From Polyangiaceae bacterium (GTDB lineage Bacteria; Myxococcota_A; Polyangia; Polyangiales; Polyangiaceae), in assembly GCA_965222375.1 (NCBI GenBank), contig CBDCTZ010000012.1, positions 512,001 through 576,000 on the forward strand: a stretch of 64,000 nucleotides of DNA. The letters are read 5' to 3'. Positions 44,371 through 53,096 of this stretch are shown piece by piece. The notes beneath the pieces are model-generated. The model saw nothing but the letters and a program-made list of their open reading frames with translations, searched no databases and was not told the DNA's origin. The translations under genes were made by a program, and so were the position numbers. Position 1 is the stretch's first letter. Every line of letters starts with the position of its first letter.

Positions 44371-45401
44371 GATGATGCAGCCGCAACGGCGCGAGCCACC
44401 CCCTCCGCGGCGCAGCCTGCGTCTTGTTGGCCGACGTCCAAATGAAAGACCGCTCGAAGGGTCTTGGGCGCAATGCTGGTCACGAGTACGCCTTCTTCAG
44501 CGCACAGCTCGACGACTCGGTCCTCCCGGGCTGAGTGCAGGCCGACGTTGACGATGTTGGTCTGAACCAGGCTCACGTCTAGCGAGACCCCCGGCGCGGT
44601 TGCGAGTGCCGCCGCGAATCGTCTTGCGTTGTCGTGATCGGCGCCCAGACGTTCCAAGTTCTGGTCCAGGGCGAACAGAGCCGCTGCGGCTACGATGCCC
44701 GCTTGTCGCATGGCACCACCCAGCATGCGTCGATAGCGGTGAGCCAGTTGGAGGGTGTCTCGGGGCCCGACCAGGGCCGAGCCGAGCGGGGCGCCAAGCC
44801 CTTTCGAGAAACACACGCTGACCGTGTCCGCGACGGAGGCGAGTGCTTGCAGACTCTCCCCAGTCGCCGTCATTGCGTTCCACAGCCGCGCACCGTCCAA
44901 GTGAACGAAAAGCCCGTGCTGCTGTGCGACTTTGCGGATCTCGCGTTGCTGCTCCAGCGGGAACACCCGGCCGCCCGAGCGGTTGTGAGTGTTCTCGAAC
45001 ACGACGAGGCGTGTGCGAGGGAAGTAGTAGGCACTCGGCTTCACTTGCTTCCGCAGGTCCGCCGCATCAAACAGGCCACCCTTGCCTGCGGTCACGTGCT
45101 GGATGCCGCTCAGTGCGCTAGCTGCGCCGGATTCAAACCACGCGAGGTGGGCGCCTTCGCCCACGACGATCTCGTCCCCACGTTGGGTCTGGGCTAGTAG
45201 AGCGAGTTGATTGCTCATCGTGCCCGAGGGAACAAACAGGGCCCGGTCCTTGCCAAGCATCGAGGCGACGCGCTCTTCCAGGGCTCGGACCGTGGGATCC
45301 TCGCCGAACACGTCGTCCCCAACGTCAGCCCGCGCCATGGCCTGACGCATGGCGGCACAGGGGCGAGTTACGGTGTCAGAGCGAAGATCGATGGCAGGCA
45401 T
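44367..45401 (-). CDS. ltaE: Low-specificity L-threonine aldolase
   Basis: IDLRSDTVTRP, VGDDVFGEDPT, PSGTMSNQ, ENTHN, HLDGARLWNA, PLP-Lys CFSKGLGAP. Confidence 0.95.
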   Translation of the reverse strand: MPAIDLRSDTVTRPCAAMRQAMARADVGDDVFGEDPTVRALEERVASMLGKDRALFVPSGTMSNQLALLAQTQRGDEIVVGEGAHLAWFESGAASALSGIQHVTAGKGGLFDAADLRKQVKPSAYYFPRTRLVVFENTHNRSGGRVFPLEQQREIRKVAQQHGLFVHLDGARLWNAMTATGESLQALASVADTVSVCFSKGLGAPLGSALVGPRDTLQLAHRYRRMLGGAMRQAGIVAAAALFALDQNLERLGADHDNARRFAAALATAPGVSLDVSLVQTNIVNVGLHSAREDRVVELCAEEGVLVTSIAPKTLRAVFHLDVGQQDAGCAAEGVARAVAAASS

Positions 45402-45413
45402 GTGCACGCGAGC

Positions 45414-45992
45414 TTAGAGCATTCTAGTTGACGCCGCGGAGCCTCCGGCACGCAGCTCCAAGCCAGCGAGAAAAAGCTCGTAGGCGATTAGTTGGGTGGC
45501 CTGTGCCAGGTTCACGGAGGGCTGATCCCCGGCCATTGGGATACGCAAACGAAAGGCTGCGGAGTCCACGATCTCCGAGGAGAGTCCGGTTTTCTCGTTT
45601 CCAAACAAGATCGCCAGCTGTTGGCCGGAGCCGGCCCGCCGCGCCAGCTCCGGCGCGAGCTGGCGCGGACCGGTTGCCCCGCGCACCCCACGGCGCGACG
45701 TAGCCGCGACGGCACACTCGACGCTATCCAGCACCTGCTCCAGGCGGTCGAAGACGATCGCGGCGTTCAGCACGTCCCGGGACTTGACCGCCATCTTCTG
45801 GGCCATTTCGTGGCTGGGCACTGCGAGGCGGCCGGGCTTCACCAGCCCCAGTCGTCCAAATCCCATAGTCTTGATGGCGCGAGCTGCAGCTCCGACGTTT
45901 TCTGGATAGTGCGGATGAACCAGCACGAAAGTCGTGGCTGCGTGCAGCGGCAGCTGGAGCTTTGGCTTTGGGTCGACGACCGCCTTGTACAT
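45414..45992 (-). CDS. SPOUT RNA methyltransferase, TrmJ/LasT family
   Basis: VLVHP..PENVGAAARAIKTMGF, LFGNEKTGLS, SVNLAQA...YEL. Confidence 0.9.
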   Translation of the reverse strand: MYKAVVDPKPKLQLPLHAATTFVLVHPHYPENVGAAARAIKTMGFGRLGLVKPGRLAVPSHEMAQKMAVKSRDVLNAAIVFDRLEQVLDSVECAVAATSRRGVRGATGPRQLAPELARRAGSGQQLAILFGNEKTGLSSEIVDSAAFRLRIPMAGDQPSVNLAQATQLIAYELFLAGLELRAGGSAASTRML

Positions 45993-46951
45993 CAGTTTCC
46001 GCCGACGACTGAACGGGCGCACCGAAAGCCAACCATTGGGCTGCGTTTGGCCGGATCTGAATGGCCGCGCGCAGCTCCCCGCAACCAGGGCGCTCCGCTA
46101 CTGTGGCTTCCGCCGCGCACGACCCGATCGCTCGTCGCGCTCGCCAGGCTGGGCCCCTTTGGGTTCTGCTCTGCCTGCTCGGGGTAGCTCGTTGCGTAGT
46201 AGTCGTGAACCCACTCCGCCACATTCCCGCCAAGGTCCATGAAGCCGTCCGGAGTTCGCCCGTTCGGAAAGGACCCGACGGGGGCGAGCTCTGCGAATCC
46301 GTCGCTGGCGTCCGATGCGTCCAGCCCCAGTCGCCCATGATTGGCGACCCGTCGGTTCCAAAGATTACCCCAAGGATAGCGGCGACGTTCCGTCCCGCGG
46401 GCGGCCCGTTCGAATTCTGCCTCCGTCGGTAGTCGCGCTCCGCGAAACTTGCAGTAGCGACGCGCGTCCTGCCAACTGACCAAGGTCATCGGATAGCGGG
46501 GCTTGTCGAAGCGCTTGCCGCCCGCGGCGAAGGGTGCTGGTCGGCAGCGGCGGAGGGCCACGCACCTCCTGTAGGCCTCGACCGTGACCTCGTGCCGATC
46601 CAACCAGTAGGCCGAAAGCCTGACGGTGTGAGCATGCAGCTCGTCGGAAAACAGCTCTTCCCGGCAGCGGTGCCCAAGAGGCTCGCGGGCGCAGTCTGCG
46701 ACGGCTTCTAGAATGTCCGGTATCGTCGAGCCCATTCGAAAGGCCGATGCGCGCACCTTGATCGCCGTGGAGCCGGGTGCTCGTAGAAACGCGATTCCGC
46801 CGCTCAGGGCGACCTCCGCCGGCGTCCGAGGTGTTCCTTGAGAGCGAGGACGCGAGTCGCGGGCGGCGAGCTGTCGAGGGAATGCCAGAACCGTAGTGCA
46901 CAGCGCTAGGCCCAAGCTGGTGCCGCTGAGCAGACGGTTCAGCTTCAGCAC
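45992..46951 (-). CDS. SUMF1/FGE-sulfatase domain protein (secreted, probably lacking FGE activity)
   Basis: FRMGS, HEVT, VSWQDARRYC, RLPTEAEFERAARG, YPWGN, DLGGNVAEWV, RGGS, GFRC. GTG start inferred. Confidence 0.88.
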   Translation of the reverse strand: MLKLNRLLSGTSLGLALCTTVLAFPRQLAARDSRPRSQGTPRTPAEVALSGGIAFLRAPGSTAIKVRASAFRMGSTIPDILEAVADCAREPLGHRCREELFSDELHAHTVRLSAYWLDRHEVTVEAYRRCVALRRCRPAPFAAGGKRFDKPRYPMTLVSWQDARRYCKFRGARLPTEAEFERAARGTERRRYPWGNLWNRRVANHGRLGLDASDASDGFAELAPVGSFPNGRTPDGFMDLGGNVAEWVHDYYATSYPEQAEQNPKGPSLASATSDRVVRGGSHSSGAPWLRGAARGHSDPAKRSPMVGFRCARSVVGGN

Positions 46952-47649
46952 GGTCCGTTGCAGGTGCCGAGGATGCACTGAGCCATGGCGTTGTAGGCGT
47001 TCAACCCACCCGCGAACTGGCTGCAGTTGTTCTGGAAGCACGTTTGGACGTTCGGCGTATTCGCGCAAAACTGGGACAGACAGCTCTGTAGCCCCTGACA
47101 AGCGCCGTTTGCCTGACATGCACCGACCTGTGAGCAGCAGCTGGCATTGACGCAATTGTCACAAGCGGGAACGCCCGAATTGAACGGTGTCGCGCAGGTT
47201 GTGCCGCCACCGCCCGTTGCGCCAACGCCGCCACCGCCGACGGCGCCAGTACCAGCGCCGCCGCCCGTTCCTGGGCCCGCCCCGAAGCCTCCAAAGCCTC
47301 CCGAGCCTGCATCAACCAAACACTGATTCAAACACGATTGGGCATTGCCGGTAGCGCACAGGCATGTGTCGAAGCACGCTGTGCAAGAGTTGCAGTCCGG
47401 TGCAGTGGAGCAGCCTGCTGGGCCGGCCTCCGCCGCCGAGCCGCACTGGCTGGAGCAAGTCGTCGGGTCCCCGCCTTTGCACGTGCAGTCGTCTACACAG
47501 GTCGTGCACCCCTGGCACTGGTTCGACGGGCCACAAACCGGTGTGAGATTGGAGTTGTCGTCGGAGCTACAGCCGCCACCAAGAAGGGCGTGCCCGGCGA
47601 GTAAGAGGCCCGCCCAGAACCAGTGCAAGGTCCGCATTTTCGAGACCAT
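46945..47649 (-). CDS. Cys-rich, Gly-linker lipoprotein
   Basis: LGGGC lipobox; two CxxCxxCxDxCxC..G....CxxQC repeats; Gly-rich linker; C-terminal multi-Cys domain. Confidence 0.8.
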   Translation of the reverse strand: MVSKMRTLHWFWAGLLLAGHALLGGGCSSDDNSNLTPVCGPSNQCQGCTTCVDDCTCKGGDPTTCSSQCGSAAEAGPAGCSTAPDCNSCTACFDTCLCATGNAQSCLNQCLVDAGSGGFGGFGAGPGTGGGAGTGAVGGGGVGATGGGGTTCATPFNSGVPACDNCVNASCCSQVGACQANGACQGLQSCLSQFCANTPNVQTCFQNNCSQFAGGLNAYNAMAQCILGTCNGPC

Positions 47650-47692
47650 AGCGCGCTTGGGCGGTCTCAACCACAATCACCGCTGGGTTTGG

Positions 47693-48922
47693 CTAGTCGC
47701 TGTCCTCGTCGGCGTCCACGCCTCCATCTTCGCTGCCCGGATCACCAGCCGCCGCGTCCGCGGAAGCATCCGTAGGTGCTCCTGAGTCGGATTCGTCGGT
47801 GGCCGGCGGGGCAAGCTCCGGTTCGGCCGATTTGCGGTCTCGGGGCTTGGGGGCCTCTGCCAGGTACGCTGTGGGTGGCGGCGTGCTCACTGCAGCGGTC
47901 GCTACGGACAGGGCTGGGGTGTCCGTTCGATCCAGGGCGCCCAGGCCAGCCAGGGCACCCCCGGTGAGCAATGCGCCGACCAGGAATCCCCCGATCGCCA
48001 AGGCGGGGCCGCGCCCCTCCGAACCGCTGTGGAGCTGCGACTCCCTGCGGCGATCCGGCAGAGTCGGCATCTGGGAACGCGGTGACGAGAGCAGTGCTTC
48101 ACTCAGCGTGCGACCGAGTTGTTCACAGCTCTCCCAACGCTTGAGCGGATCCTTTTCCAAGCCACGAAGCAGCACGGTGTCGACGTGGCGGTCTAGACCC
48201 CTCGCCGCCGCGACAGGCGCGGGGAACTCCGTGGCGATTCGTGTTGCCACGGCCAAGGCGTCGTCGCCAGGAAACGCGCGCTTGCCGCTTATCGCTTCGT
48301 ACAGGGTTGCAGCGAAGGAGAACTGATCGCTGTGGGGCGAAAACTCGCTGTTGTGGATTGCCTCCGGAGCGCTGTAGGCCGGAGTACCTAAGAGACCGCC
48401 GTCACGGGTCAGAGTGGAGTCCGGAACTCGGGCGATTCCGAAGTCCGCGATTTTGGCACCGCTCCGGCTTAGGATGAGGTTTTCTGGCTTGATGTCCCGG
48501 TGCAGGACGCCCGCGCCGTGCGCAAGGGTCAGCGCGTCACCCACCTCACGTGCGAGTTGTGCGGCGGCCTGAGGCCCTAGCGGGCCCTTGTCAGCAATTC
48601 GCTCCTTGAGAGTTGGCCCCTTCACGTATTCGAAGACGAGGTATAGGCCCAAGTCCTCGTCCTCACCCATGTCGTGGAGCGCCACGATGTTTGGATGCAC
48701 GACCCTCGCGCTGGCTCGGGCCTCCTGACGCATGCGCTCGAGCAGGCTCTTCAGTTGCTCCGGCGGCACTCCCAAATCGTCCCGCAGCAACTTGATGGCG
48801 ACGGTGCGATCCAGGACCGGGTCTCGGGCCAGCACCACGCGGCCCATGGCACCGTGTCCCAACGCTTTGAGCAGTTGGTACCGCCCGATGGCGGGCGGCA
48901 GGTTGGAGTCCAGGGGTTCCAT
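47693..48922 (-). CDS. Membrane-anchored Ser/Thr protein kinase
   Basis: LGHGAMGRV, VAIK, HRDIKPEN, DFG, GTPAYSAPE; TM helix near the C-terminus. Confidence 0.96.
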   Translation of the reverse strand: MEPLDSNLPPAIGRYQLLKALGHGAMGRVVLARDPVLDRTVAIKLLRDDLGVPPEQLKSLLERMRQEARASARVVHPNIVALHDMGEDEDLGLYLVFEYVKGPTLKERIADKGPLGPQAAAQLAREVGDALTLAHGAGVLHRDIKPENLILSRSGAKIADFGIARVPDSTLTRDGGLLGTPAYSAPEAIHNSEFSPHSDQFSFAATLYEAISGKRAFPGDDALAVATRIATEFPAPVAAARGLDRHVDTVLLRGLEKDPLKRWESCEQLGRTLSEALLSSPRSQMPTLPDRRRESQLHSGSEGRGPALAIGGFLVGALLTGGALAGLGALDRTDTPALSVATAAVSTPPPTAYLAEAPKPRDRKSAEPELAPPATDESDSGAPTDASADAAAGDPGSEDGGVDADEDSD

Positions 48923-49025
48923 TAGGGCCCGGTGGACTCATAGCAAAGTCCTCACGTCAGGTTGAGGACGACTCGGCGACTCCCCGCAAACTAGGGTGGA
49001 AAGCGCGGCCGAAGTCGAGGCCGGC

Positions 49026-49457
49026 TCAGTCCGCTCCGGCGTCTTTACTTGGCGGCGGCGGCGGCTCCGGCGCCTTGCGTGGGGGCTCACCGTAGTCGGC
49101 GCGTAGGCGCTTCAAGAGCCCGTCGCGCAACATGGTCTCGTGGTAGCCGGGCATATCCGGAAGCTGCACGAAGAGACGAACGCGCTTCTTGGCTTCGATG
49201 ATCTCCATGCTCCCGTGGGACAGCCGCTTGCGCTTACCGGGCGGGGCATACTTGAACAAGATGTAGGCGGCGTCCGGGTCCTTCTCCGTCACTTCATAGC
49301 CCAAATCGACGCGCAGGTAGCGCAGCGCGCCGTTGTAGGTCTGAGCCTTGCTGTAGTCCGAATCCGCATCGACCCGTGCTTCCGCCTCGAGGGTGCAAAA
49401 CGCTGCGATGACGAGGGTCAGAGTGGTGGCAAGCAGGGCCCGGAGAGGGATACGCAC
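49026..49457 (-). CDS. Secreted hypothetical protein
   Basis: Signal peptide ending AEA; YLRVDLGYEVTEKDPDAAYILFKY; Pro-rich tail. Confidence 0.75.
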   Translation of the reverse strand: MRIPLRALLATTLTLVIAAFCTLEAEARVDADSDYSKAQTYNGALRYLRVDLGYEVTEKDPDAAYILFKYAPPGKRKRLSHGSMEIIEAKKRVRLFVQLPDMPGYHETMLRDGLLKRLRADYGEPPRKAPEPPPPPSKDAGAD

Positions 49458-49499
49458 TCATGTCTGGCTACCCCCAACAGGGCAGAGCGGCCAAGTTCT

Positions 49500-50636
49500 T
49501 CAACCTTCGTCCAGGTCGGTAGCCTCGGACTCGATGGCTTCGGCGAAGGAGGTTCGCTCCCGGCTCAGGGCCCAAACAGCGGCCCCGGCAGTCACCAACA
49601 GCTGCCCGACGTACAGTAGAAAAACATACGCTGAGCCGGCCCCGGTGACGACTTCCGGTTGGAAGTAGATGGCCAGGGCGGCGTAGACGGAGACCTGAAA
49701 CGCTCCGAAGAACCCCGGCGCGTTTGGCAGCAGGATCCCGAGGGCCAAGACTCCCGTCACGACCGCGGAATGCCAGAACGTCATTCCAGTGAGCCCGGCG
49801 CCCCATGCCAGCACCCAGCCGGCCGCGGCATTCAGCAGCCAGTACGCCAGCGTTGCTGCGACGAAGTATCCGGTTTCACGAGCTCGCGGCAGAAACGACA
49901 GTCCACTCGCCACTTTTTCGACGCGCTCCGACAGCCAGTTCGCAAGCCGCGGAGAGAGCCACGCCACGGACCAGGCGACCAGCCGCCGAGCGAGTTCGCG
50001 TTTTGCGAAGAACAAGCCCATCGCCACGAAGGCGCCGCCAAAAAGTATCAAGGCCGCGTAAGTGGCTGCAGGTACCACGGACGCGGGGATGGGCAGTTCG
50101 CCGATCTTGTCTGGAAGCGGGTCCAAGGGTTCGCTGACGAGCAGCGCCACCCACAACATTAGCGTGAGCACTAGCCCGTCGATGACACGCTCCGCGGCAA
50201 TGGTTCCGGTTGCTGCCCAACCAGAAAGCGTGCCCTTGCGTCGGATCATGACCGGTCGCACCATTTCACCCGATCGGAATGGCAGCAACACGATGGCCAG
50301 GAAACCGATGAAGGACACGTCGATCACTCGACCGCGTGGAACCTCGGCCAGCGGTGCAAGCAACCATTGCCAGCGAACGGCTCGGATCCAATGGACCACG
50401 CTCCAAAGACCCAGGTACACGCCGAAAGTCCACCAGCGCACTCCAGCCAGGGCGTTCGCTTTGGGAACGATGGGTAGCGCCCCGGCGTTCAGCAGCCATA
50501 CGAATGCGCCGCCGATGAGGAGGCTCAACAGAAGCTTGCCGCGGTGACGACTCAGCCAGCTGCCATGGGCGGTGGATGCAGACGGCGGCGACAGCTCGCC
50601 TTCGCCACCTCGAGTGCTATCGACGTCACTACTCAC
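49500..50636 (-). CDS. Lysylphosphatidylglycerol synthase TM / flippase-like (UPF0104) membrane protein
   Basis: RAVRWQWLL, LPFRSGEMVRP, ERVIDG, LPNAPGFFGAF. Confidence 0.88.
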   Translation of the reverse strand: MSSDVDSTRGGEGELSPPSASTAHGSWLSRHRGKLLLSLLIGGAFVWLLNAGALPIVPKANALAGVRWWTFGVYLGLWSVVHWIRAVRWQWLLAPLAEVPRGRVIDVSFIGFLAIVLLPFRSGEMVRPVMIRRKGTLSGWAATGTIAAERVIDGLVLTLMLWVALLVSEPLDPLPDKIGELPIPASVVPAATYAALILFGGAFVAMGLFFAKRELARRLVAWSVAWLSPRLANWLSERVEKVASGLSFLPRARETGYFVAATLAYWLLNAAAGWVLAWGAGLTGMTFWHSAVVTGVLALGILLPNAPGFFGAFQVSVYAALAIYFQPEVVTGAGSAYVFLLYVGQLLVTAGAAVWALSRERTSFAEAIESEATDLDEG

Positions 50637-51361
50637 TCGGGGACTTGTCCTTCCAAGAGGGAAAGCGGCCCGTCGCGAAACAGAAACTCGATTTCCTCGG
50701 AACCGTAGCGGCTCTCGATCTCACGCATGCCCGCTAGGACGGCCTCGACGTCCGCCGGGCGGTGCGCGTCGCTACAAGCCCCGTGGTAAAGGCCCATATC
50801 CAGTAGTTCTTCCGCCGTCTGTTTTGCGCGTCGGCCATACTTGCCGCTGAAGGCCGCAGCATCCAGTAACGCGGCGGCTCCCGCATCCACCAAGCGCTCC
50901 AAGATCTCCTTGGAACGCCATATCGCTCGATAGCGTTCTGGGTGCGCGATCACGGGGAGGAGTCGTTTCTTTGCGCGAATGTCGGATAGACGATGATCGA
51001 TCATGGGAGGGAAATCGATCTCATAGAACTCGAGAAGCACTGCTTTGCCACCAGGGTAGGGGAGCCCTTGATCGTTCATCAAGCGTTCGAAGATGACGTC
51101 GTCGAAGTAGTGCTCGCTGCTCAATTCCAGCTTGGGGACCGTGTTGTCGTTCGGGACGGCCCGGCGCATGGCTTCGTAGGCCTCGCGAAGCTCCTCTCGT
51201 GAATTATTAAAAAGCCCCGGCCGCATGTGGGGCGTGGCGATGACGCGATCGAAGCCCGCGGCGCGCAGTGCCCGCAGCAGTTCGACGCCCTCCTGGGGAG
51301 TGCGTGCGCCGTCATCGATGCCCGCAATGAAGTGACAGTGCAGGTCTACATATCCGCGCAT
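50633..51361 (-). CDS. PHP-family protein tyrosine phosphatase (CpsB/CapC/YwqE-like)
   Basis: DLHCH..GIDDGA, ATPH, IAHPERY, SDAH. Confidence 0.92.
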   Translation of the reverse strand: MRGYVDLHCHFIAGIDDGARTPQEGVELLRALRAAGFDRVIATPHMRPGLFNNSREELREAYEAMRRAVPNDNTVPKLELSSEHYFDDVIFERLMNDQGLPYPGGKAVLLEFYEIDFPPMIDHRLSDIRAKKRLLPVIAHPERYRAIWRSKEILERLVDAGAAALLDAAAFSGKYGRRAKQTAEELLDMGLYHGACSDAHRPADVEAVLAGMREIESRYGSEEIEFLFRDGPLSLLEGQVPE

Positions 51362-51448
51362 GCCGGTAGCCTATACCTTCTGTGGGGCCCAAGGGCCCGG
51401 ACTTGCTCGAGCCGCCGCCCAACGAGGCCGAGCAGACGGCGAACTCGC

Positions 51449-51889
51449 CTAGGCTCGTGCCGTGAGGCGTTCGGTCAAGATGCGCTCGCAGCCTTCCGCG
51501 GCGCGTTTCAGAGCGGCCTCTCGCCCAATCCCGCCGCCGCTGCCCGTCAGCAAGACTTCCACTCCGTCAATGCTCAGGCGACGGACTTCGGTGCGTCGCA
51601 CGATGACGTCAAGACGGGTTGGCACGACGTCATTGGCTGGGTTCAGACCGCCGCCGAGAGGTGCGATGGCGGCCAGTTCTTCGCATCGCTCCCAACGCCC
51701 AGCGCCAGCCACGAGTACCCCGGATGCGTCGGATACCGCGACGGCTTCAAGCTGGCCATCTCGGCGCGCCGCGTCCAGAAGTCGATTGAGTGCGAGCAGG
51801 ATATCGCCTCGGCGCTGCCTTCGTCGTTCGGATTGTGGAGACGCAAACCACACGGTGGTCCTTTGCCAGAGTGCGAGCAGCTGGGCCAA
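51449..51889 (-). CDS. Hypothetical protein, possible Roadblock/LC7-like fold
   Basis: LEAVAVSDASGVLVAG..EELAAIA pattern and C-terminal helix AAEGCERIL. Start uncertain. Confidence 0.6.
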   Translation of the reverse strand: MAQLLALWQRTTVWFASPQSERRRQRRGDILLALNRLLDAARRDGQLEAVAVSDASGVLVAGAGRWERCEELAAIAPLGGGLNPANDVVPTRLDVIVRRTEVRRLSIDGVEVLLTGSGGGIGREAALKRAAEGCERILTERLTARA

Positions 51890-51945
51890 ATTTTCTGAGG
51901 GGGATTTGCCTCCGCGAGAGGAGCAGGCTACACGCGCGCCGGCCC

Positions 51946-53088
51946 ATGACCATCGCTACCCTGCAGCCGCTGTTAGACACACACCGAGTGGTGTTGTGCG
52001 TCGGTTCTGGTGGTGTTGGCAAGACGACGGTGACTGCGGCGCTGGGGCTCGCAGCGGCGCAGAGAGGCAAACGTGTGCTCTGCCTCACCATAGATCCCGC
52101 ACGCCGATTGGCGAACAGCCTAGGGCTCGAGCGAATGACCAGCGAGGCGACGCGAGTCGAGCCCCGTCACTTCGAGAAACATGGCCTGACCGTTCCGGGC
52201 AACCTCACAGTGATGATGCTCGATACGAAACGCACCTTCGACGAGTTGGTGGTTCGGCACGCATCCAGCCCCGCGGCTCGCGACCGCATACTCCAAAACA
52301 AGTTGTACCAATACGTCTCCACGAGCCTAGCCGGGACTCAAGAGTACATGGCGATGGAGAAACTCCTGGCGGTGAAGGAAGACGCCGACTTTGATCTGAT
52401 TGTGCTCGACACGCCTCCCACCAGCAACGCTCTCGACTTTCTGGATGCGCCGGAGCGGCTGATCGGCGCGCTGGATAGCGCGGCCATGCGTTGGCTGATC
52501 CAATCCGTGGAGTCCAGCGGTCGTTTCAGTTTGAATCTGCTGGCCAAGAGCGTCGCTGTCGTCTTGCGCGGAATTGGGCGTCTGACCGGGGGCGGGTTTC
52601 TTGAGCAGATGGCAGGTTTCGTCACGGATCTGAACGACTTGTTCGGCGGTTTCCGCCAGCGCGCGGAACAAGTCTCCGCCGCCTTTCGTGGGGGCGAATT
52701 CGCGTACATCATGGTGACCACGCCAGCGCCAGCGGCGATCCGTGAGGCCCTGTATTTCGCTGACCGGCTCAAGTCGTCAGGCATGCGCCGTGACGCATTC
52801 GTGGTCAATCGCGTGCATCGGCCGCCTCCCCCACGACCTACCGTGGACCAAGTATCCGAAGCCATGCGAGCCCACAATCTAAGCCTAGGCCACGGTGTTT
52901 CCGAGCGGCTTCTGGCTGCCCTGGATGACGAGGGGGCCCGTGCGGCGGTGGATGCGAAAAACCTCGAACTGATCGAAAACGAGGTGAACGACTCGCTAGT
53001 TCGAGTCGAGGTCCCGGCGCTGCCCAGCGACGTACACGATTTGGGCACTTTGGCCGGGATTTCGGCGCTGCTGTGTCCGCCCTCTTGA
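51946..53088 (+). CDS. ArsA/Get3-family ATPase (single domain)
   Basis: GSGGVGKTT, TIDPARRLA, GTQEYMAMEKL, DTPPT..ALDFLDAP, VVNRV. Confidence 0.92.
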   Translation: MTIATLQPLLDTHRVVLCVGSGGVGKTTVTAALGLAAAQRGKRVLCLTIDPARRLANSLGLERMTSEATRVEPRHFEKHGLTVPGNLTVMMLDTKRTFDELVVRHASSPAARDRILQNKLYQYVSTSLAGTQEYMAMEKLLAVKEDADFDLIVLDTPPTSNALDFLDAPERLIGALDSAAMRWLIQSVESSGRFSLNLLAKSVAVVLRGIGRLTGGGFLEQMAGFVTDLNDLFGGFRQRAEQVSAAFRGGEFAYIMVTTPAPAAIREALYFADRLKSSGMRRDAFVVNRVHRPPPPRPTVDQVSEAMRAHNLSLGHGVSERLLAALDDEGARAAVDAKNLELIENEVNDSLVRVEVPALPSDVHDLGTLAGISALLCPPS

Positions 53089-53096
53089 AGCTGGAC

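Noticed and set aside
45992..46100. Diversity-generating retroelement target (FGE/CLec fold ending GFRC)
   Set aside because: No reverse transcriptase in the window and no template-repeat copy of the 3' end noticed.
51946..53088. Arsenite-efflux ArsA
   Set aside because: Single domain, no arsB/arsD/arsR context; better fits the Get3-like subfamily.
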